Below, piece by piece: positions 54,277 to 64,000 of a stretch of 64,000 nt of DNA. Source of the stretch: Eledone cirrhosa (lineage: Eukaryota); assembly GCA_964016885.1 (NCBI GenBank), contig CAXHJY010001283.1, positions 1 through 64,000 on the forward strand, read 5' to 3'. The stretch's first letter is position 1. Every line of letters begins with the position of its first letter. The notes under the pieces were generated by a model that had not been told where the DNA came from, did no database searches, and worked only from the letters and a program-made list of their open reading frames with translations. Both the position numbers and the translations under genes were made by a program.

Positions 54277-55686
54277 TGGCTGGGTCCATCAGGTCTCTGT
54301 TCTTAGCCCTCTTCTGTTTATTATCGTTCTGCAGGCAATAACGGAGTTTAAGACTGGCTGTCCATGGGAACATCTGTATGCAGATGACCTAACCCGTATA
54401 GCCAAATCTATAGCTGAACTAGAGATGAAATTCCAAACCTGGAAGCAAGGCCTAGAATCTAAAGGTCTTAAAATCAACCCTGGCAAAGACTAAAGTCCTA
54501 GTAAGTAATAGGGATAACAGAGTACAGATCTCCTCTGGGAAATGGCCCTGTTCAGTGTGCAGAAAAGGAGTAGGTAGAAATTCCATTCTATGTTCCAAAT
54601 GCAAGCAATGGGTACACAAGAGATGTAGTGGGATCTCAGGCAGGCTAACAAAGAATGTAGGTTTTACTTGTGGCCGGTGCACAGGGGCAGTAAGTAGCAA
54701 GAACCCTCAGGATATAATCACCTTCAAATGCTCAGAGGGTTCAGTTGAAGTGGTAGATAGTTTCTGTTACCTGGGAGACTAAATCAGCAATGGGGAGGTG
54801 GTGGGGTTGTTCTGAAAGTAGCCAGAGTGAGATCGGGTTGGCAAGAGTTCATGGAGCTACTACTGCTGCTCACTACAAAAGGTTTTCCCCTCAAAAGGAA
54901 AGGCAGACTCTATGATACATGTATACAAACAACAATGTTTCATAGCAGCGAGACCTGGGCACTGTGTGCTGAGGACCTGCAAAGATTGGAAAGAAATGAA
55001 GCCTCCATACTTCACTGGATGTGCAATAGCAATATACGTGGACGGCAAAGTATAAATATACTATAGGAGAAATTAGACATAAGAGCAATCAGATGTGTTC
55101 AGGAGAAGAGATTACATTGGAATGGACATGTGATGTGTATGAAAGATGACAGCTGTATAATAAGGTGCAGAGTGCTCAAAGTTGATGGTAACCATGGTGT
55201 GAGCAGGCCTAGGAAGACTTGCGATGAGGTGATAAGAGCTGACTTTGCACAATTACACCTCACTCTGGTGCTATGCAGTTTTACAGAAGACCCACCCTCC
55301 ATTGTTCTAGGGTTGAGGCATATACCTAGTAGGCAACATCTTCCTCAACCTGCTATCCTCTCCCATCCACCTCCCTTAGCAGTAACCATATCTCCCCTAC
55401 TACCCCGCCCCACTCTCCCTAGTCCCCACTGTGTTGTGTCGGTGACACAACAAAGGTACCCAGTCCACACTGTAAAATGGACATGTAAACGACATGACAA
55501 AAAGTACCCAGCACACACTGTAAATGTGGTTGATGTTAGGAAGGGCATCCAGCTGTAGAAAACCAGCCCGAAACTCTCCTATATGAGCAACATATGGTCA
55601 CTCGACCCAACTTGCCTCTAATTGGGACAAACCCGTTTAACCCATGCTAGCATGGAACATAAACATTAATCGATGATGATGATGAT
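54277..55686 (+). mobile_element. Degenerate RTE family A fragment (preceded by a minus-strand 3' UTR copy at 53973-54270)
   Basis: VHQ.SVLSPLLF, LYADDL, C4HC3 finger; (GAT)n tail ends about 30 nt from the exon 2 donor. Confidence 0.88.
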
Positions 55687-55719
55687 GAACAACACTATAG
55701 GCAACAGGGAATGTCTTAC

Positions 55720-55874
55720 CTTGTAACTCATTAACTGTCTCCTTGGAAGAAAGCTGACTTGAATGAGACTCACTGGTTGTTGGTAGGGTGCGGACCCTGA
55801 GAAGGTTTTTTAGCCATCCACGGCTTTCTTCAGCTTCTGCAGGTTGACTTCCCTGGGCAGATACTGCATAAGTC
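55720..55874 (-). CDS. NIPSNAP: NipSnap-family gene, coding exon (approx. exon 2): TYAVSAQ...GWLKNLLRVRTLPTTSESHSSQLSSKETVNELQ
   Basis: 155 nt between gtgcag| and |gtaag. The translation resembles NIPSNAP1/2 [33 protein letters not shown]. Its last base G plus TT of the next exon gives Val. Confidence 0.9.
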
Positions 55875-55917
55875 CTGCACAATACATCAATAATGAGAAA
55901 ATATGATTAATAAACTC

Positions 55918-56683
55918 TGAAAGGCAGATTGTAAGATGCTTGTATACGAACAGCTGTTACATGGCAGTGAGACTTGGGCATTGTGTGCAGAGGAACTACA
56001 CGAACAGCAGAAATTAGGAATAAGAGGGATCAGATGTTGTTTACTTGAGAGAAGACTATGTTGGTATGGTCATGTGATGCGCATAAAAGACAACAGCTGT
56101 ATAAAAAAGTGCAGGGCGATCAAAATTGATGAAAGCTATGAAGTAGGTAGACCCAGAAAAACCTGGGACGATTTGATAAATTCCGACCTTACACACTTAC
56201 ACCTCTCTAAGACAATGTCACTGGACCAAGATCTTTGGTGCCATGCAGTAATACAGAAGACCCGCCTTGCCTATGTACAAAGCAAAACCTACAGTCAGTA
56301 GGCACCTCTTAACCAAATATACACCGCAACTCACTACCCCTACTCCATCCCACCCCCCACTCCTACCAACACCACCCTTTCTCTGTAAAGTTATGTTGGT
56401 ACCACAACATCCAGTCCTAAATAAACTAGGTTGTGTAGGTGTCACAAGAAAATACACACAGTCCACACTGTAATGTGGCCGTGTAGGTAACACGGTAAAA
56501 ACCTCCCAGCCCACACTGTAAATGTGGTTGGTGTTAGGAAAGGCATCCGACCGTAGAAAACCTGCCAGATAATTCTATACGAGCGAGACATGGTCACCCG
56601 ATCAAATTTGCCTCAAGTGCGACAATCCTGTCTAACCAATGCTAGTGTGGAAGATGGACGTTAAACGATGATGATGATGATGA
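55918..56683 (+). mobile_element. RTE family A 3' fragment
   Basis: [10 protein letters not shown]...WYGHVMR...GRPRKTWD; 3' UTR. Confidence 0.88.
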
Positions 56684-56962
56684 TAAATATGGTTAACTTG
56701 CATAAAATAAAGATGCACAGAAAATGATTGACGCAAACATATGATTAAATCTAATGAATGTCACTGCCTATGGTTTTCAAATATTTTTGAAAATAATAAA
56801 GAATTTGGAGGGATTTCAAAATTAACGTTCTCATTATTAATTTGGTGTTTGGAACATAACTTAAAGGTTCTTACATAAAATGGAAAGTTTTTAGTTAAAT
56901 ATAACACTTTAACATAAACAGTTTTGTATCACAGAACCAGGAGTGTCAAGGACAAAACTTAT

Positions 56963-58072
56963 CACTGTAAAGTGGTTATGTAGATGTCACAACAAAAAGT
57001 ACCCAGTCCACACTGTAAAGTGGTCATGTAGGTGTCATAACAAAAAGTACCCAGTCCACACTGTAAAGTGGTCATGTAGGTGTCACAACAAAAAGTACCC
57101 AGTATACACTGTAAAATGGTCATGTAGGTGTCACAACAAAAAGTACCCAGTACACACTGTAAAGTGGTCATGTAGGTGTCACAACAAAAAGTACCCAGTA
57201 CACACTGCAAAGTGGTCATGTAGGTGTCACAACAAAAAATAGCCAGTACACACTGTAAAGTGGTCATGTAGGTGTCACAACAAAAAATAGCCAGTACACA
57301 CTGTAAAGTGGTCATGTAAGTGTCACAACAATAAGGACCCAATACCCACTGTAAAGTGGTCATGTAGGTGTCACAAGTATCCAGTACATACTGTAAAGTG
57401 GTCATGTAGGTGTCGCAACAAAAAGTACCCAGTCCACACTGTAAAGTGGTCATGTAGGTGTCACAACAAGTACCCAGTACACACTGTAAAGTGGTCATGT
57501 AGGTGTCGCAACAAAAAGTACCCAGTCCACACTGTAAAGTGGTCATGTAGGTGTCACAACAAGTACCCAGTCCACACTGTAAAGTGGTCATGTAGGTGTC
57601 GCAACAAAAAGTACCCAGTACACACTGTAAAGTTGTCATGTAGGTGTAACAACAAAAAGTACCCAGTACACACTGTAAAGTGGTCATGTAGGTGTTGCAA
57701 CAAAAAGTACCCAGTACACACTGTAAAGTTGTCATGTAGGTGTCGCAACAAAAAGTAACCAGTACACACTGTAAAGTGGTCATGTAGGTGTCGCAACAAA
57801 AAGTAACCAGTACACACTGTAAAGTGGTCATGTAGGTGTCACAACAAAAAGTACCCAGTCCAAACTGTAAAGTGGTCATGTAGGTGTCATGACAAAAAGC
57901 ACCAAGCGTGTATGTGGTTAGTGTTAGGAAGGGCATCCAGCTGTAGAAATCTAGCTAGAAACAGTTCTATATGAGCAAGACAGTCACCTGACCCAACTTG
58001 CCTCCAATGGAACAAACCTGTATAACCCATGCTACCGTGGAACATGGACGTTAAACAATGATAAATGATGAT
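56963..58072 (+). repeat. Second 48-bp minisatellite (about 19 copies) inside an RTE 3' UTR
   Basis: Same unit as 18974-19812; ends in the RTE tail. Confidence 0.93.
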
Positions 58073-58139
58073 ATGTATGTATATATCCATGCATCTTTCC
58101 AGTCTCATTTTCACCAAAACAAAATAAAAGTCACATCAC

Positions 58140-61060
58140 CTTTTTAAGTGGCTGTCTCCACCATCACCTCAAGTTCCACCCCACCTCTTACTTTGCTCCC
58201 ACCACTGAGCTCATCCTTATCCACTCCTCTTGCCAGCTCATGCAGGCGACTATCCAATCAATACTCGACCGAGATCTCCCCAAGGCCTACCTCCACCCCC
58301 TCATCCAATTCATCCTTTACCTCAATCGCCACCTCTTCAATTTCCTCACTTCCATTAAAAACAAGAAACTCCACTCACTCCACTCCCCACCACCACCCAT
58401 ACTCATATCACCTCCAACCCTAACCCCTCTATCCCGTCACCTACCATCCCCTTTCCTCTCCCCACCACTGAATCTGCACACGCTTTGCCCAACCACCTTA
58501 ATCCCTCTTCCTCTCTCACATCCCTGCACTGTAGTCATCATACCCCAGGACGTACCACTCCCCGAAGCTGAGTGTTCCCTCCTCGCCCATGGTTTGCATT
58601 TTATACCAACCACATCTACCTGCAATGAGTTTCACACACGTACAGATATTGAAGGGTTCTTTCGTTGATTAAAGCTGAAAGCTTTTTTTCACGACACAGA
58701 CGGATGACTTCACTCGTCTCAGTCACCAGCAATCAGACTGGACGCCGAGCTCTGGCCAGTTCACCACCCTCGACTCCTTTGTCGATACTTGTCGACGTAC
58801 TGTGAACCGCTTCCGTTTCCACCAGCATTCTCGTCGCTCTAACATTACGCTGGCTGAGCTCTCTGCAACCCACAGCATCGCGATGACATTGTCATCAAAC
58901 CCGCTGACAAAGGTGGCACTGTGGTGGTTTGGAGCGCTGACCTTTATAAGGCTGAGGCCCTTCACCAATTCACGATACCCTTTTTTATTGCCCTTTATCC
59001 TCCAACCCCACTCTTGGCTATCAACAACTCGTGCCCTCCACCTCCACCAGCTCATCTCCTCCTCTCTCCTACCCCCCTCCCCAACCACAAACCTCATAGT
59101 ATGCACCTCTCGTACACCCACCATCTACTTCCTCCCCAAAATACACAAACAAAATAATCTCGGCCGTCCTATCGTTTCTGCGTGCAACTGCCCCACCAAG
59201 ATAATTTCCGAGTATTTAGACACCATCCTTGCCCCGTTGGTCGGCAATATCCCCTCCCACATCCACAATACTAATCATGCCCTTAGACTCTTCAACTCTT
59301 TCTCCCTCCCCTCCCCAGCCCCTCTCGCCTTCTCTTTACCCTGGACATCACCTCTCCCTATACCGTCATCCCTCATGATGGCCTCCAACAATTTTTAGAC
59401 TTAAGCCCTACCTCTGACCCCAGCATTACCACTCTTCTCCGCCTGGCTGAGCTTGTTCTCACCCTCAATGGGTTTTCCTTTTCCGGTGAATTCTATCAGC
59501 AGGTCTCTGGGTAGCGATGGGACCCAGAATAGGACCAAACTATGCCAACTTGTTTGTTGGCTATGTCGAAGCCCAGATCTTCTCCCAGTATGCTGGACCG
59601 ACTCCTGAGCTATATGGTCGTTATATTGACAACTGTATCGGTGCCACCTCTCTATCACGTGAACAGCTCGACTGCTTTCTATCTTTTGTCCTATCTTTCC
59701 ATCCTGCTCTCACCTTCACCGATTCTTGCCTCTTTTCTAGATATCTCTCTATCTATCACTCTCACCACACCCTCTCTACTTCCGTCTATAAACCAACAGA
59801 CTCCCACTCTTATCTCGACTTCACCTTCTCCCATCCAAACCACACCAAACACTCCATACGCTATTCCTAATTCCCATCTTTGTCGGCTCTGTAGCCAGGA
59901 CGATTTCAAAGCCCATTCCCTTCACATGGCTTCCTGCTTCATCCAACATAGATATCCCTCCACCCTGATCAAAGCTGCTCTCACCCACGCCCATGAAATT
60001 AACCACCCCATCACCCTGGCGACATATCCTCTGTTCCTTCCGCACTCTTCTCTTCTTGTTTTTTCCTAACCCACCTATTACCATATTTAAGCGCGCCCGT
60101 AACCTCCTGGTAGATAGTTCCTTTATGTCCTCTTCCACGACTCCACCTGGCTCTCATCCTTGTTCTTGTCCCCGCTGCAACACTTGTCCTTTCATTTCCA
60201 ACCTTACAGGCCCTAACGGATTATTCCATATCCGCCACTCCTTCACATGCACCTCCACCCACATTGTCTATGCCCCCCCCCCCCCCCCCCCCTGTTCCCT
60301 TTGCGGAGCCTTATACATCAGACAAACGGGACACCGTTTTGCTGAACATTTGAGGAACATACAACTCGGTTTGGATACTCCCGTTCTTCTGGTCATTCTT
60401 CCCTACATGTCTCAGTCCTGGGTGTCACTTTACATCACAGATCACAGGCCTCGTGCACTAGGACTCAACAGAGTCTGATTTACCGCCTTGGGTCCTGTTT
60501 CCCTCATGAACTCAACTCCCCTCCCCAATTTCTTTAATACCCCGTCCGTTATCACACACACTTGTACATTCACCCCTAGATTTCTATCACTCTTTCATGA
60601 TCATAAACATACTCTTACAACTAATACAGACCAACAAAATACACACACTCCACTTTTCCCTTCACAGCTCTGTATACACACACACCCCCTTATAGTAACA
60701 TACTTTTGCTCATAGCTTCGTACTTACAAGCACACACAATCTTCTACTTACATATACACACACGCGCACAAGTATAGCTCTTTATACAAAACATTTTTTT
60801 TTGTATTGCAGTTAGACACGCTCTATCGCCAGCATCAACAGTTTTGCAAGAGATGTCAACATGAATGGACCTATTATTTTTATCTAAAGAGATTTTTTCC
60901 AATTCCACCCCGATTGTCCCTTCAATCTATTTTATTTCGCATTCTTTCTTCTGATGGACTAGTGTCCGAAAAGTTAAGACCCTCTTTCTGCTATTTCAAG
61001 CGTTAACCTAATATATACCTTCCATATACTGTACCGATTGTGTTATTTCAGTTTACCTTT
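58140..61060 (+). mobile_element. Degenerate Penelope-like element (RT and GIY-YIG) with terminal hammerhead remnant (60947-60979)
   Basis: IVIKPADKGG, YFLPKIHK..GRPIVS, MG.RIGPNYANLFVG, RYIDN, FTCTSTHIVY..C..C...YIRQT..RFAEH. C-rich strand; many frameshifts. Confidence 0.9.
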
Positions 61061-61071
61061 TACATATATAT

Positions 61072-62408
61072 ATGAAGAAGTGCCAGGAAATGCCAGTTGA
61101 AGGAAGACGTGGTAGAGGTAGACCACGAAAAACATGGGCGGAGGTGGTGAGAACAGACCTCAGATCATTGAAGCTCACGGTGGAGATGACGAGGGACCGT
61201 GACGAGTGGAGAGATGCTGTGCTGAATAAGACCCGTCCCACCCTTGCAAGCAGGGAAAAGCGGACGTAAAATGATGATGATGATGATATATATCATCATC
61301 ATCATCACCATCACCATTTTACGTCCACTTTTCCACGCTAGCGTGGGTTAAACGGGTTGTCCTGTTGTTGGCCATGCCAGGTCAGGTGACCATGTCTTGC
61401 TCATACGGGAACTGATTTTGGCTCAGTTTCTACAGCTGGATGCCCTTCCTAACACCAACCTCATTTACAGTGAGTACCGGGTGCTTTTTTACCGTAGCGC
61501 CTACACAGGTGCTTTCTTGTCGTGACACCTCCATGACAGTGGGAGAGGGTTGGAGTGTATTGTCTATATGCTTCAGCTTCGGCTTGTACGCATCTTCTGT
61601 ATTACTGCGTGACGCCAGAAGTCACGGTCCTGTGTCATCACCGTTGAGATGTAATTGGGCAAGGACAGCTTTTATCACTTCATCCCAGGTCTTCTTGGGT
61701 CTCCCCACTCCGCGACTTCCAGCGCTCTGCACCTTTTTATGCAGCTGTCATCCTTCATATGTATCACATGTCCATACCAACGTAACCTCCTCTCCTACAT
61801 ACATTTGATTTCTCTTATGCTCAGTCTCTCTCTCAATTCGTTTATGCTTTGCTGTTGGCATATATTACAATTATACATCCATCAGACCATGCAGGCTACG
61901 TTTCTTTCTAATCTATGCAAGTCTTCTACAGACAGCGCCCAGGTCTCACTTCCATGTAACATTGCTGTTTGTATGCATGTATCATACAGTCTGCCTTTCA
62001 TTTTGAAGGAAAAGCCTTTTGCAGCTAGCAGTGGCTCCCTGAACTTCTTCCATCCTGTTCTTACGCTTGTTTCCTGTGGCTGTTTGCTGCTTACTGTCCC
62101 GGCACAGCTACATGTAAAGCCTATATTCCTAACTAAGCTTCCTGAGATCCCACATCTCGTGTACCCATAGTTTGCATATGGTGCAGAGGATAGAGTTCCT
62201 ACTAACACCTTTCCTATATACTGAGCAAGGCCATTTACCTAAGGGTCTGCCTTTCATTTTGAGGGAAAAGCTTTTTGCAGCTAGCAGTGGTAGTAGCTCC
62301 CTGAACTTCTTCCATCCCATTCTTACACTGCTTAATGTACTTTCAGAACACCCGCCTCCGCTGCTAATTCGGTCACCTCGGTAGCAGAAGCTGTCTACTG
62401 TTTCTACA
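61072..62408. mobile_element. Tail-to-tail RTE fragments: family B (+, 61072-61287) and rearranged family A (-, 61292-62408)
   Basis: Homology to other copies in the window. Confidence 0.85.
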
Positions 62409-62444
62409 TATATATATATATATGTACATACATATAAATCAGAT

Positions 62445-63060
62445 GGATTCAACAGAGTACTCGATACTTGGGGTAGTAGAGTATGGTTACATTATAAAGA
62501 GTCATGACCCCGACGGCCGAGTTCCTGCCGTTTCAACAGCTGGTTCCTGATTCTGGAATGGTTTGTCTTGCTGCCTGAATGCCGGTCGCTTTGCACATCA
62601 CACAGAGCTAAACCTCATTTTTAAGAGAGCTTTGGCCCAAGCAAAAATCCCCTCAATTTTGGAACCATCTGGTTTGTCCAGAATTGATGGGAAAAGACCT
62701 GATGGCCTTACCCTGTGCCCCTGGTCGAGAGCAGATGCCTTGTCTGGAACGTCACACTTAGCGACTTTTTTGCTTCTTCCCACATCACGGATGCTGTGGT
62801 TAGTGTGAGAGCCACAGCTTCTGCAGCCGAACGGAGCAAAATCCTAAAATACCGTGATCTGCCGGCCAACTACATTTTCCAGCCTGTGGCGTTCGAGGGA
62901 GTCGGGCTACTGACTGCGTGATACCTATCTTCACTGTTGGCTCGCCTAACAGAGGTAACTGGTGATGCTCCTGAGGGTGCTTGGTTGTTCCAGTACCTCA
63001 GCCTCGCCATCACACGAGGTAACGCTGTGAGCATGTAGGCTTGCCTCAAAAGTTATTAGA
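62445..63060 (+). mobile_element. CRE-clade non-LTR retrotransposon 3' fragment (restriction-like endonuclease)
   Basis: GRFAHHTELN...EPSGLSRIDGKRPDGLTLCPWSR..CLVWNVT...AAERSKILKY...FQPVAFE: PD-(D/E)xK RLE signature of CRE elements. Confidence 0.8.
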
Positions 63061-63199
63061 GAGGTTTCCCAATGCTCCTCGCAATATTATCTTTTGCTCT
63101 GGTAGTGGCTCAACTATCCAACCCTTTCGCCTGCCTTTTGTTGTATGTGGTGCTAGATGTGTGTATTACCTGTTTGTTTTTTTCCCCTTCAGATCCAGC

Positions 63200-63588
63200 G
63201 CATAGGTCGACCCCTAAAATTCTGAGATATAATTCAGGTTTAAGCCTATATTCGTCGGATAAGACGACCGGCACTCTCAGTCGCAAGTTAAGTTCTAACT
63301 CCGAGTAAACCATCCTACCCTTACCTTAATGAACCTATGGTAACCTACCCTATGAGCTATGACAAGTCGTTGATATTATAATCTCTGCGTTAAATAGATT
63401 TAACAAATATGAGACTCAGTAGAAAATAATTGTGGTAGGCTGCTAGAGTTAGGTAAGTGGTGTACAACAAGTGTTAGGCAGGCCATCTCACTGTTTACCC
63501 CTTTATATTCGTCGGACAAGTCGACCCCTGGTTTTGGAAAGATTTTTTTAGGCTCCAAATGTCGACTTGTATGCCGGTATATACGGTA
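63200..63588. mobile_element. pogo/Tc2-type DNA transposon end
   Basis: Terminus gtcgacttgtatgccggtatatacgg|ta with internal taagtcgacc-type repeats. Confidence 0.6.
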
Positions 63589-63641
63589 TATATATATATA
63601 TAAATTACAGAATAATCAAAACTATGTTCAAAACCTTTTAT

Positions 63642-63688
63642 TGCTGACAATCGTTTCTTCCAAACTTTCATTTGGAATCATCGGAGCA
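63642..63688 (-). ncRNA. Minimal hammerhead ribozyme motif, variant core CCGATGA
   Basis: Minus strand reads TGCT-CCGATGA-TTCCAAA-TGAAAG-TTTGGAA-GAAAC-GATT-GTC-AGCA. The flank resembles 6155-6185. Confidence 0.72.
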
Positions 63689-64000
63689 CTAGTAAAGTTT
63701 AGACATATAATTAACCTCCTATTCCACAGAACAATTGTAAAGATACATAGATGTTAGTGTTGTTATTAACAGTGTCATATTTAGAGAGTGAAGATGATAT
63801 CAGTATAAGTGGATGCAACAAAGATTATAAAAGAATAATACAACAATTATAGAGGAATTAAAGAAGAAAGTTACTCACAAAACGAGGACATTAGCAGTAC
63901 ATATACAAGCGTATAGAAAGTGCAGATGTGTTAGGCATGTACAGAATAACCAGGTAAGAAACAAGCAATGGTACTCGGCATATATATCTCACAGTATGGC

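Overview
Eukaryotic, very repeat-rich intronic DNA. The (TA)n tracts, RTE LINEs with (GAT)n tails and tRNA-derived SINEs suggest an octopus or other coleoid cephalopod; this is inference. The only host gene found is a NipSnap-family gene (NIPSNAP1/2, GBAS-like) on the minus strand. Seven in-phase GT-AG exons lie at 55720-55874, 45453-45498, 42704-42795, 38403-38473, 30489-30632, 18738-18769 and 17042-17136; the first exon and the last two were not found in the window. The introns contain RTE LINEs of at least three families, CR1, Penelope-like and CRE-clade retroelements, hAT, piggyBac, mariner, pogo and Helitron remnants, SINEs, and minisatellites seeded from retroelement sequence, including an 8.7-kb 48-bp array. 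Most interesting signals: (1) at least eight minimal hammerhead-ribozyme motifs, some with a variant CCGANGA core, one with an 85-nt stem II, and two pairs arranged as inverted dimers in palindromes; (2) two independent 5'-inverted (twin-priming-type) RTE insertions with target-site duplications; (3) an RTE/SINE 3' UTR 48-mer that repeatedly expands into satellites; (4) an hAT element carrying a piggyBac fragment next to an exon. The long YI-rich and repeat ORFs in the ORF track are repeat artefacts.
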